From Angustibacter luteus (lineage in GTDB: Bacteria; Actinomycetota; Actinomycetes; Actinomycetales; Angustibacteraceae), in contig NZ_BAABFP010000007.1 of assembly GCF_039541115.1 (NCBI RefSeq), positions 248,001-312,000 of the forward strand: a stretch of DNA of 64,000 bases, given 5' to 3'. Shown piece by piece: positions 37,415 through 46,775 of this stretch (its first letter is position 1; each line of letters begins with the position of its first letter). Below the pieces are notes generated by a model, which saw nothing but the letters and a program-made list of their open reading frames with translations, was not told the origin of the DNA and made no database searches. The position numbers and the translations under genes were made by a program.

Positions 37415-38830
37415 TCAGACCGCCGCGGTGGCCAGCCGCTCCTCGAGCTCCCGGACGGCCGTGACCTCCCGCCACCGCTGCAGCCGGGCCCGGAGGCCGG
37501 CCAGCTCCCGGGTCAACGGCGCCCGGCGGGCCGCGAGCACCTCGACCGCGACGGGGGCCGCCTCGGCGACGGCCCCGTCCACGTCACCGGCGCACGCCAG
37601 CGAGTCGGCCAGTCGCAGCTGCAGCAGCAGGTACGTCGGACGCATGGACGTCGGGAGCACCGCCAGCGACCGCCGGGTGGCGTGCCCGGCCTGCCGGGCG
37701 AGGGCTGCGTCACCGGTGCGCGCCGACAGGTCGCGCAGCGCCCCAGCCACGGACGACTCGATGCGCAGCACGCCGCCCTCGCCGGCCAGCCACGGGGCCT
37801 CCACCAGGTCCCGCTCGTCCAGTCGGGCCAACCCGCGCCGGGCAGCCGTGGCGTGCCGCCGCGCGGCGACCAGGTCGGCCGAACCGGCGTAGCCGCGAGC
37901 CTGGTACAGGTGGGAGAGGGTGGCCACCCACCCGCGGCGCGGGTCGATCGCCCCGAGTCCGAGCGCGTAGCTGACGACGGACGGCGCGTCCTCGTCGAGC
38001 CGAGCGAGCGTGCAGACGTCGGTCAGGAGGCAGACCCGCGCGGCCACGTCGTTGGCGAGCTCGGCCCACTGCATCCCGTGGCCGAGCCACGCCATAGCCA
38101 GCACGTTCTGCCCGCGGTGCATGCGCATCCGGCCTGCGAGCTGCGCGTAGCCGGCCGCCAGCCGCAGCTGCACCGGTGCCGGTTCGCCGACCGCCTGCGC
38201 GGCGCGCAGCCAGCGGACCACGAGCTGCAGCACCCGCTCGACCGCCCCCACCAGGTCGACCGAGCAGTCCACGACGCTCGCCTGGGAGAACGCGGCGAGC
38301 AGGGCGGCCAGGCTGTGCGCGAGGTCGACGTCCCGACCGGGCCGGGCCGCTGGTGAGCCGCTGGCCCGCAGGCTCGGCAGGACGGCGACCGCGTCACCGG
38401 CGGCGGGCACCGCGCACTCGCGCTGGGGGTGGACCGGGCAGGTCACCCCCGCGACCGGCAGCCGGCTCGGCCAGTGCCGACCGAGGTCGGCGGTCGGCAG
38501 GTCGAGGGACGCCGAGCCCGGGGAGACGGCGAACAGGGTCAGGCCCAGCGAGGTGGGGGAGGTGACGGTGAACCCACCGGAGGCCAGGTCCCGGGTGACG
38601 TCGGGGGCGTCGTCCGGGCCCAGCGGCCCACCGGCGCCCAGCAACCGCTCGAGGCGGCGCAGCAGCTCCGGCGACGGCGCGCGTTCCCCGGCCTCGAGCC
38701 GGCTGATCAGGCTGTGGTGGTACCCGACCCGCCGTCCGAGCTCGGCCTGGGTGAGCCCCGCCGCTCGCCGGCGGGCGCGCAGTCGCCGTCCGAACTCGGC
38801 CCAGCGGGCCGGGGCGACGTGGGGGCCCAT
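37415..38830 (-). CDS. XRE-family HTH regulator with large helical C-terminal domain
   Basis: FGRRLRARRRAAGLTQAELG..VGY..SLISRLEAGERAP. Confidence 0.8.
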   Translation of the reverse strand: MGPHVAPARWAEFGRRLRARRRAAGLTQAELGRRVGYHHSLISRLEAGERAPSPELLRRLERLLGAGGPLGPDDAPDVTRDLASGGFTVTSPTSLGLTLFAVSPGSASLDLPTADLGRHWPSRLPVAGVTCPVHPQRECAVPAAGDAVAVLPSLRASGSPAARPGRDVDLAHSLAALLAAFSQASVVDCSVDLVGAVERVLQLVVRWLRAAQAVGEPAPVQLRLAAGYAQLAGRMRMHRGQNVLAMAWLGHGMQWAELANDVAARVCLLTDVCTLARLDEDAPSVVSYALGLGAIDPRRGWVATLSHLYQARGYAGSADLVAARRHATAARRGLARLDERDLVEAPWLAGEGGVLRIESSVAGALRDLSARTGDAALARQAGHATRRSLAVLPTSMRPTYLLLQLRLADSLACAGDVDGAVAEAAPVAVEVLAARRAPLTRELAGLRARLQRWREVTAVRELEERLATAAV

Positions 38831-38874
38831 GCGGGCGGACCGTAGCACCGGAAGCGCCTGCCGGAGAAGGGCCC

Positions 38875-40350
38875 TCAGTCGTCGTCGGGTAACTGCGCGA
38901 GGCGGGCGTGGCGACGTCCGTAAAGACCGTAGACGAGAAGTCCGAGCAGCATCCAGGCCAGGAACCGCAGCCAGGTCTCCACGGCGAGGTTCGTCATCAG
39001 GTAGAGGCAGGCCAGCGCGGACACGATCGGCAGTACCGGCGACCAGGGGGTGCGGAACGGGCGCTTCAGCTCAGGCCGCGTCCGGCGCAGCACCGGGACC
39101 GCGATCGACACCACCACGAAGGCGAACAGCGTCCCGATCGAGACCAGGTCGGCCAGCTCCGTCAGCGGGACGAGCCCGGCGATGACCGCAACCAGGATCG
39201 TCGTCCCGGCGGTGATCCGGGCCGGGGTGCCGAACTTCGGGTGCACCTGCGCGACCGACTGCGGCAGCAGGCCGTCGCGACCCATCGCGAAGCCGATCCG
39301 ACCCATGGCCACGATGTCCACCAGGATCACGGAGGTCAGGCCCGCGACCGCCGCGATGGACACCAGGTTCGACGCCCACCCGGCACCGACGGCGTCGAAG
39401 GCGCTGGCGATCGGGGCGCCCTCGTCCAGCTTGTCGTAGCGCACCATGCCGGTCACCACGAACGAGACGCCGACGTACAGGACGGTGGCGATGCCCAGCG
39501 TGCCGAGCAGGCCCAGCGGCAGGTCGCGCGCCGGCTCGCGGGTCTCCTCGCCGAGGTTGGCCACCGCCTCGAACCCGGTGTAGGCGAAGAACACCACGGC
39601 CGCGGCCGTGAGTACTCCGGCGAACCCGAACGCGGACGGCGCGATGCCGAACAGCACCTCGCCGAGCGGCTGCTTGACCCCGCTGACGTCCGGTGTCGGC
39701 TGGGACTGCGGCACGAACGGCGTGAGGTTGGCGCTCTTGACGAAGAAGGCGCCGGCCACGATGACGAACAGGCAGACGGCGACCTTGATCACCACGAGCA
39801 CGTTCGTCACCCGGGCCGACTCGCGGATGCCGACCACGGCGATGACGCCGAGCACGAGCACGATCGCGACGGCACCGATGTTGACGGGCGCGTCCTCGCC
39901 GAACGCCCAGGTCGGCAGGTCGAACAGGTTCTGCAGGTAGCCTGACCAGCCCCGGGCCACGACGGCGGCGCCCAGCGCGAACTCCAGGACCAGGTCCCAG
40001 CCGATGATCCAGGCGAAGACCTCGCCGATGGTCGCATAGGCGTAGGTGTACGCGCTGCCCGCCGCCGGGACGGACGACGCGAGCTCGGAGTAGCAGAGCG
40101 CGGCGAGCAGGCTGACGGCTCCGGCGATGACGAACGAGATGGTGACCGCGGGGCCGGCGTGGTTCTTGGCCTCGATCCCGGTCAGGGTGAAGATGCCGGT
40201 GCCGATCACGATCCCGATGCCGAAGCCCATCAGGTCGATCGGCCCGAGCCGCTTGCGCAGCCGCCGGCCGGGGGCGCCCTCCTCGGCGTCCGGGTCGTCC
40301 GCCAGCTGGGCCAGCACGTCCTCGACCGGCTTGGTCCGGGTGATCTTCAT
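38875..40350 (-). CDS. APC-family amino acid permease (CAT-like)
   Basis: GIVIGTGIF, HAGPAV.ISF, YSELAS.VP.AGSAY, FFAYTGFE. Confidence 0.93.
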   Translation of the reverse strand: MKITRTKPVEDVLAQLADDPDAEEGAPGRRLRKRLGPIDLMGFGIGIVIGTGIFTLTGIEAKNHAGPAVTISFVIAGAVSLLAALCYSELASSVPAAGSAYTYAYATIGEVFAWIIGWDLVLEFALGAAVVARGWSGYLQNLFDLPTWAFGEDAPVNIGAVAIVLVLGVIAVVGIRESARVTNVLVVIKVAVCLFVIVAGAFFVKSANLTPFVPQSQPTPDVSGVKQPLGEVLFGIAPSAFGFAGVLTAAAVVFFAYTGFEAVANLGEETREPARDLPLGLLGTLGIATVLYVGVSFVVTGMVRYDKLDEGAPIASAFDAVGAGWASNLVSIAAVAGLTSVILVDIVAMGRIGFAMGRDGLLPQSVAQVHPKFGTPARITAGTTILVAVIAGLVPLTELADLVSIGTLFAFVVVSIAVPVLRRTRPELKRPFRTPWSPVLPIVSALACLYLMTNLAVETWLRFLAWMLLGLLVYGLYGRRHARLAQLPDDD

Positions 40351-40402
40351 CCGTCGACCGTAGGGGTGCGAGCGCGTCCCGGCACGCTGAGACACTGTCA
40401 CC

Positions 40403-41236
40403 ATGACGTCCCCGAGCCCCGGCTGGTACCCCGACCCGCACATCGAGATGCTGATGCGCTGGTGGGACGGGACGAGCTGGACCGACGACACCTACGAGCG
40501 GGTCGAGCCGATCGAGATCTGGCACCACACCGGGGGGATGCCGGAGGGGCCGGGGCCGGTCGACCGACCGGTTCCCGCGGCCGGCCGCCCCGCCGCCTCT
40601 GCGCCGCAGCCGGCGCGCCCGGCACAGCCCCAGGGCGCTCGACCGACGCCGGACCGGGAGGCGCCGCGCACGGACGACGGCGTGCCGGTCGCGGGGTGGT
40701 GGATGCGCGCCGGGGCCCGGATGATCGACTGGGTGATCACCGGGCTGCTGGCCTGGCTGATCGCGTGGAACCAGAGCGCCGCGGTCCTCGACTCCATCGG
40801 GTCGCAGTTCAACGCCGCGCTGAAGGCGACCGAGGCCGGGCAGGACCCGAGCCCGATCACCTACGACCAGGCGACCATCGAGGCGTTGTTCATCATCTCG
40901 CTGGCCTGGGTGCTGGTGTCGCTGCTGTACAACGTGGGCTTCCTGCTCTGGCGGGACGCGACACCGGGCAAGCTCGTGTTCGGCCTGATGGTGCGCCGCT
41001 GGGTGCCGGGCGAGGCGCTGACCGTGCTGGTCGTCGTCCGGCGCTGGCTCGGCTTCGAGGCCGCCTCGGTGCTGTCCTACATCGGGACGCTGTACCTCCT
41101 GCTCGACGTCCTCTGGCCGCTGCGCGACGCGCGCCGTCAGGCGCTGCACGACAAGATCGCGGGGACCTGCGTGGTCCGGCGGGCCGACCAGTCGGCGATC
41201 CCGCTGACCCCAGGGCCGACCGACCAGTCCCACTGA
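40403..41236 (+). CDS. DUF2510 + RDD family membrane protein
   Basis: PGWYPDP...RWWDG..WT; AGWW.R.GAR.ID, TPGK..FGL.V, QALHDKIAGT.VV. Confidence 0.9.
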   Translation: MTSPSPGWYPDPHIEMLMRWWDGTSWTDDTYERVEPIEIWHHTGGMPEGPGPVDRPVPAAGRPAASAPQPARPAQPQGARPTPDREAPRTDDGVPVAGWWMRAGARMIDWVITGLLAWLIAWNQSAAVLDSIGSQFNAALKATEAGQDPSPITYDQATIEALFIISLAWVLVSLLYNVGFLLWRDATPGKLVFGLMVRRWVPGEALTVLVVVRRWLGFEAASVLSYIGTLYLLLDVLWPLRDARRQALHDKIAGTCVVRRADQSAIPLTPGPTDQSH

Positions 41237-41340
41237 CCGGTTCGGGCGGAATTGCCGGGGTGGATTGTCCCCATTCAGGGGTAGTGTCGCTTTCCTGTTC
41301 CGCGGGCCCCTCAGGGCCCCGACGCAACCAGGGAGGGCAC

Positions 41341-42900
41341 ATGCGAGGTGCAGGACGCAGCAGGCGCCGGGCGACGTCGGTGGTCGCGGCGACGGCAGCG
41401 CTGGCGGTCGGCGCGGGCGGCAGCGCGTGGGCGGCGGCGGCCTCGCCGGGGGCTCCGGGCCTCGGTGACGCGTACTACCCGGCGTACGGCAACGGCGGGT
41501 ACGACGTCAGCCACTACGCGATCGACGTGCACTACACGCCGTCGAACGACCTGATCACCGGCCGGGCGACCATCACGGCGAAGGCGACCCAGGACCTCTC
41601 GCGCTTCGACCTGGACTTCGCGCTGACGGCCCAGTCCGTCACGGTGAACGGGGTGCCCGCGCGCACCCGGACGGACGACCTCGAGCTGGTCGTCACCCCG
41701 CGCAAGGCCGTCAAGAAGGGCGCGACGATGAAGGTCGTCGTCGTGTACGCCGGGGTGCCGAGCTCCGTCGAGGCCGACGGCTACCAGCCCTGGATCCGGA
41801 CGGCGGACGGCGCGGTCGCGGTCGGCGAACCGCAGATCGCCTCGTGGTGGTACCCCGGCAACGACCACCCCCGGGACAAGGCGACCTACGACATCAAGGT
41901 GACGGTGCCGACCGGGCTCGAGGCGCTGAGCAACGGCTCGCTGCGCTCGCACCGGAGCATCCCCGGGCACGAGGTCTGGAGCTGGCACGAGTCCAAGCCC
42001 ATGGCCAGCTACCTGGCCTTCTTCGCGGCCGGCCAGTTCGACATCACCCAGAGCACGACGGCCAAGGGGCTGCCGGTGATCACGGCGGTCGCCTCGAACG
42101 GTGGCAGTGAGGGCCAGTACGCCGCGGCCGACCTGGCCCGGACGGGAGAGGTCATCGACTTCCACGCCCGGCACTGGGGGCCCTACCCGTTCGACATCAC
42201 CGGCGGTGTCGCCCCGGCAGCGGACTTCGGCTTCGCGCTGGAGAACCAGACCCGCCCGGTCTACACGCGCGGCTTCTGGCGCGGTGGTCCGAACATCTAC
42301 GTGGTCGTGCACGAGCAGGCGCACCAGTGGTACGGCGACAGCGTGAGCGTCGACCAGTGGAAGGACATCTGGCTGAACGAGGGCTTCGCCAGCTTCGCCG
42401 AGTGGGCCTGGTCCGAGGACCACGGTGAGGGCAGCGGCGCCGAGCTGCTCGAGGCCTACTACGACCAGATCCCGGCCACGTCGCCCTTCTGGTCGCTCAC
42501 GATCGGCAACCCGGGCAAGGACCGTGAGTTCTCCGGCGCCGTCTACGACCGCGGGGCGATGACCCTGCAGGCGCTGCGGCAGCGGATCGGCGACCCCGCC
42601 TTCTGGCAGGTCATGCGGAACTGGGCGCAGCAGCACCGGTACGGCAACGGGTCGATCCCGCAGTTCATCGCGCTGGCCGAGCGCTCGTCCGGCGAGGACC
42701 TCGGCTCGTTCTTCGATGCCTGGCTCTACTCGTCGACGAAGCCGGCGCACACCGTGGCCAACGGCTTCCTGACCGCGAAGGCCGCGGCCAAGGCCGGCGT
42801 GGGCGGCCCGCAGGCCGAGCTGCCCCGGTCGAAGCAGAAGATCGACGCCCTGCACCGGGTCCTCGTGGCGCAGGAGCGCGCCGCGGCGGCCGCGCGCTAG
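41341..42900 (+). CDS. Secreted M1 metallopeptidase (aminopeptidase N-like)
   Basis: GLGDAYYP..GNGGYDV, ALENQTRP, VHEQAHQWYGD, WLNEGFA, YDRGA. Confidence 0.92.
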   Translation: MRGAGRSRRRATSVVAATAALAVGAGGSAWAAAASPGAPGLGDAYYPAYGNGGYDVSHYAIDVHYTPSNDLITGRATITAKATQDLSRFDLDFALTAQSVTVNGVPARTRTDDLELVVTPRKAVKKGATMKVVVVYAGVPSSVEADGYQPWIRTADGAVAVGEPQIASWWYPGNDHPRDKATYDIKVTVPTGLEALSNGSLRSHRSIPGHEVWSWHESKPMASYLAFFAAGQFDITQSTTAKGLPVITAVASNGGSEGQYAAADLARTGEVIDFHARHWGPYPFDITGGVAPAADFGFALENQTRPVYTRGFWRGGPNIYVVVHEQAHQWYGDSVSVDQWKDIWLNEGFASFAEWAWSEDHGEGSGAELLEAYYDQIPATSPFWSLTIGNPGKDREFSGAVYDRGAMTLQALRQRIGDPAFWQVMRNWAQQHRYGNGSIPQFIALAERSSGEDLGSFFDAWLYSSTKPAHTVANGFLTAKAAAKAGVGGPQAELPRSKQKIDALHRVLVAQERAAAAAR

Positions 42901-42909
42901 CCGCGCCCG

Positions 42910-44115
42910 TCAGGTGGTGGCTGGTCGGATCGTCCCGGTGACCTCACCGAGGGCGATCCGGCCGCCACCGGTGCCGGTCGCGGTGGCGCGCAGGACGACG
43001 GTGTCGCCGTCCTGCAGGAAGCCGCGCTCCTGGTCGCCGACGGTGACCGGCTCGGTGCCGTTCCAGGTGCGCTCGAGTAGCGAGCCGGTCTGGTCGCGCT
43101 CGGGGCCGGACACGGTGCCGCTGGCGAACAGGTCCCCGGTGCGCAGGCTCGCTCCGTTGACCGTGAGGTGCGCGAGCATCTGGGCCGGGGACCAGTACAT
43201 GCTGGCGAACGGCGGGCGGGACACGACCGTGCCGTTGAGCTCGACCTCGATGGCCAGGTCGTACCCGGGCAGGTCGTCGCCGAGCAGGTACGGCAGCGGC
43301 GTCGGGTCCTGCTCCGGCAGCGGCACCCGGGCGGCGCGCAGCGCCTGCAGCGGGGTGACCCAGGCCGAGACGCTGGTGGCGAACGACTTGCCCAGGAACG
43401 GGCCCAGCGGGACGTACTCCCAGGCCTGCACGTCGCGGGCGCTCCAGTCGTTGAGCAGCACGACGCCGAAGACGTGGTCGGCGAAGGAGTCGACGCCGAC
43501 CTGCTCGCCGAGCCGGGTCGCCCCAGCGACGACGAACCCGACCTCGGCCTCGATGTCCAGCCGGACGCTCGGCCCGAACGTGGGGGCGGCGTCGTCCGGC
43601 GCCTTGCGCTGCCCCTGGGGGCGGACGACGTCCGTCCCGGACACCACGACCGTGCCCGCCCGGCCGTGGTAGCCGATCGGCAGGTGCTTCCAGTTCGGGG
43701 TCAGCGCGGCACCGTCCGGCCGGAAGATGCGCCCGACGTTCGTGGCGTGGTGCTCGCTGGCGTAGAAGTCGACGTAGTCCGCGACCTCGATCGGCAGGTG
43801 CAGCCGGACCTCGGCCAGCGGGTGCAGGTGCTGCCCGACCAGCTCGGCGTTGGCCTCCTGCGTCAGCAGGTCGACCAGCCACGCCCGCAGCGCCTCCCAG
43901 TGCGCGCGACCCAGCCCCAGGAACGGGTTCAGCGTGGGCTCGGCGAACACCGGCGCGGAGTCGATGCCGTCGGCCGCGGCCACGGGTGCGAGGTCGAGCA
44001 CGTGGTCGCCCACCCGGACACCGACCCGCGGAGCCTCGTCCTCGGTGGAGAACACGCCGAAGGGCAGGTGGTCCAGCCCGTACGCGGTGTCCGCGGGCAG
44101 GTCGACGGCACTCAC
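42910..44115 (-). CDS. fahA: Fumarylacetoacetase
   Basis: LPFGVFS, DYVDFYASEHHATNVG, PIGYHGRAG, LDIEAE, NDWSARDVQAWEYVPLGPFLGKSF. Confidence 0.95.
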   Translation of the reverse strand: MSAVDLPADTAYGLDHLPFGVFSTEDEAPRVGVRVGDHVLDLAPVAAADGIDSAPVFAEPTLNPFLGLGRAHWEALRAWLVDLLTQEANAELVGQHLHPLAEVRLHLPIEVADYVDFYASEHHATNVGRIFRPDGAALTPNWKHLPIGYHGRAGTVVVSGTDVVRPQGQRKAPDDAAPTFGPSVRLDIEAEVGFVVAGATRLGEQVGVDSFADHVFGVVLLNDWSARDVQAWEYVPLGPFLGKSFATSVSAWVTPLQALRAARVPLPEQDPTPLPYLLGDDLPGYDLAIEVELNGTVVSRPPFASMYWSPAQMLAHLTVNGASLRTGDLFASGTVSGPERDQTGSLLERTWNGTEPVTVGDQERGFLQDGDTVVLRATATGTGGGRIALGEVTGTIRPATT

Positions 44116-44993
44116 GTCAGCTCCAGGTGGGTCGAGGGCAACAGGTCCTCCAGCAAGACGCCCAGCTCGCTCAGCGGGTCGGTGACCCCGCAGCAGCCGA
44201 ACGACGCGAACGAGCCTCGCAGACGATCGACGTCGGCGGCGGACAGGGCGGCGACGGCTTGACGCAGCACCGCGCCGTCCCGCTCGTCCAGGACGGCGCG
44301 GACGTCGTCCACGGGGGCGCCGGCGGTCGCGAGGGCGGTGGCCACCAGCACGTTGGCGACGCCGTGCTGGTCCAGGCCGGTCGTCGGGTCCACGGCCCGA
44401 ACGGCGTGGTGCAGGCCCGCGGTGAGCTTGAACCGCAGCGACCGGGACACCGACCCCACGACGAGCTCGGCCAGCAGGGCCGCCGGCGGGACGTCGTCCT
44501 GGGCCAGCCCGCCGGTGCGCAGCTTCGCGTGCGCACCCGCCGCGGTGACGGCGTCCAGGTCCTGCTGTAGGCGTCCCCGGGAGACCTCGAGCCAGAGCGG
44601 CACCCGCAGGTCGAGCAGCGGTCGCAAGGTGATGGGGTCGGCGACGGGCAGCTCGAGTCCGCGGACCACGGCTCGACCCTCGCGCTGCAGCTGGTCGACC
44701 GCGGTCGGCAGCGTGCCCGGGTCGGAGCCCGGCCGGACCACCAGCGACACCTCGAGCCGTTCGTGCTGGTGCAGCAGGGCGGCGGTGGCCGCGGCATCGC
44801 CGGCGCGGACGAGCAGGGGGCCGACGCAGCCGGCGTACGGCGCGGCGCGGTGCCGGCGGTGGTCGGCGACGGCCTGTGGCAACGGCGAGCTGCCGGGTGG
44901 GAACACGGCAGCGTCGTCCACGAGCCCGCCCAGGAGGGCGCTCGTCCCGCCCGCGCGGGGCCAGGTGGCGTCGCGCCCGGCGGAGGTTGACAT
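44112..44993 (-). CDS. Uncharacterised protein translationally coupled to fahA
   Basis: GLVDDAAVFPPG, AKLRTGG, FKLTAGLHHAVR, HGVANVL, FASFGCC; GTGA overlap with fahA. Confidence 0.8.
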   Translation of the reverse strand: MSTSAGRDATWPRAGGTSALLGGLVDDAAVFPPGSSPLPQAVADHRRHRAAPYAGCVGPLLVRAGDAAATAALLHQHERLEVSLVVRPGSDPGTLPTAVDQLQREGRAVVRGLELPVADPITLRPLLDLRVPLWLEVSRGRLQQDLDAVTAAGAHAKLRTGGLAQDDVPPAALLAELVVGSVSRSLRFKLTAGLHHAVRAVDPTTGLDQHGVANVLVATALATAGAPVDDVRAVLDERDGAVLRQAVAALSAADVDRLRGSFASFGCCGVTDPLSELGVLLEDLLPSTHLELT

Positions 44994-45091
44994 GGCTCGC
45001 ACGGTAGCGCACCGTAACGAGTGACAGGACAGTTGCGTCCGATTATCGGACGGCGATCTGCTGAGAACGGCACCGGAAAGAGGGACCTGGA

Positions 45092-46318
45092 GTGGCCCAC
45101 TACCGCAGCGTCGGCGACATCCCCGCCAAGCGCCACACGCAGTTCCGCCAGCCCGACGGGCGGCTGTACAGCGAGGAGCTCATGGGGGAGGAGGGCTTCT
45201 CGTCCGACTCCTCGCTGCTCTACCACCGCGAGATACCGTCGGCGATCGTCGACTCCCGGCCCTGGGACATGGCCGAGCTCAAGACCCACCCGAACTACCC
45301 GCTGCGGCCGTTCCACCTCAAGCTGCACGAGCTGTTCCCGGGCGAGGGCGAGGAGGCGGCCTGGCGCGGGGTGGACGTCGTGCGCGGCCGCCGCCTGGTG
45401 CTCGCCAACGGCGACGTGCGCATCTCGTACGCGGTGAGTGACACGCCGTCCCCCTACTACCGCAACGCGATCGGCGACGAGTGCGTCTTCGTCGAGTCCG
45501 GCGAGGGCGTCGTCGAGACCATGTTCGGCGCGCTGCCGTTCCGGCCGGGTGACTACGTCCTGATCCCGCGCGCCACCGTGCACCGCTGGGTCCCCGGGGA
45601 CGTCGCGCAGCACGGCCCGGTGCGGGCGTACGCCATCGAGGCCAACAGCCACATCGCCCCGCCCAAGCGCTACCTCAGCAAGTACGGCCAGCTGCTCGAG
45701 CACAGCCCGTACTGCGAGCGGGACCTGCACGCGCCCTCCGAGCCGCTGCTGGCCGAGGGCACGGACGTCGAGGTCTTCACCAAGCACCGCGGGCACGGCC
45801 CGCACGGGATCGTCGGCAGCGTCGTCGTGCACGCCACCCACCCGTTCGACGTCGTGGGCTGGGACGGCTGCATGTACCCGTACACGCTGAACGTGTCCGA
45901 CTTCGAGCCGATCACCGGCCGGATCCACCAGCCGCCGCCCGTGCACCAGGTCTTCGAGGGCTGGAACTTCGTGATCTGCAACTTCGTGCCGCGCAAGGTG
46001 GACTACCACCCGCTGGCCGTCCCCGTGCCGTACTACCACTCGAACGTGGACAGCGACGAGGTCATGTTCTACGTCGCCGGCGACTACGAGGCCCGCAAGG
46101 GCAGCGGCATCGGCCAGGGCTCCATCTCGCTGCACCCCGGCGGGCACAGCCACGGGCCGCAGCCGGGGGCCGTGGAGGCCGCGCTCGGCAAGGAGTACTT
46201 CGACGAGCTGGCTGTCATGGTCGACACGTTCAAGCCGCTCGAGCTGGGCGAGGGGGCGATCGCCAGCGACGACGGCGCCTACGCGTGGAGCTGGTCCGGC
46301 GGCCGGCGCGAGCCCTGA
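45092..46318 (+). CDS. hmgA: Homogentisate 1,2-dioxygenase (short bacterial type)
   Basis: IPAKRHTQFR, EELMGEEGF, HSPYCERD, HPFDVVGWDG, HQPPPVH, PYYHSNVDSDE, HPGGHSHGP. Confidence 0.93.
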   Translation: MAHYRSVGDIPAKRHTQFRQPDGRLYSEELMGEEGFSSDSSLLYHREIPSAIVDSRPWDMAELKTHPNYPLRPFHLKLHELFPGEGEEAAWRGVDVVRGRRLVLANGDVRISYAVSDTPSPYYRNAIGDECVFVESGEGVVETMFGALPFRPGDYVLIPRATVHRWVPGDVAQHGPVRAYAIEANSHIAPPKRYLSKYGQLLEHSPYCERDLHAPSEPLLAEGTDVEVFTKHRGHGPHGIVGSVVVHATHPFDVVGWDGCMYPYTLNVSDFEPITGRIHQPPPVHQVFEGWNFVICNFVPRKVDYHPLAVPVPYYHSNVDSDEVMFYVAGDYEARKGSGIGQGSISLHPGGHSHGPQPGAVEAALGKEYFDELAVMVDTFKPLELGEGAIASDDGAYAWSWSGGRREP

Positions 46319-46350
46319 CGAGCAGGGGCGCCGGCCGCGCGGACCGCTGC

Positions 46351-46506
46351 CTAGACCCTGCTACCGCCACGGCGGCTCAGCAGCGACATCACGAGGCCGA
46401 CCACCAGCACGATGATCCCCACCCAGATCAGGAAGTGGCCAAGGCCCGTGAAGCCGAGCACGAACAGGACCACTCCGACGAGGAGCAGGATGAGCCAAGG
46501 GGACAT
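46351..46506 (-). CDS. 51-aa two-TM small membrane protein
   Basis: GGAGG SD; MSPWLILLLVGVVLFVLGFTGLGHFLIWVGIIVLVVGLVMSLLSRRGGSRV. Confidence 0.7.
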   Translation of the reverse strand: MSPWLILLLVGVVLFVLGFTGLGHFLIWVGIIVLVVGLVMSLLSRRGGSRV

Positions 46507-46775
46507 CTGAGGTACCTCCCGGTTGCACGAACCGCACGGCGGGGGTGACCCGCCAGCGAGCAGGGGCTCGCGCGGCCAGCAAGTTCTAGTGCACCGGCAG
46601 CGGGTCCGCATCCTGAAAGGTCGCCACGACGTCCCCGCGCCGGCTGCCCGAGGTGCTGCCAAGCGGCGGGCGCACCCTTCGTGAGGTTCTGCCCGGATGC
46701 GGTGTCGGCGCACTCAGGTAGCGTCCTGGGCGACTCGATGAGATTCGTCGGGTTCACGCGCTTCGTGGAGGTTCC

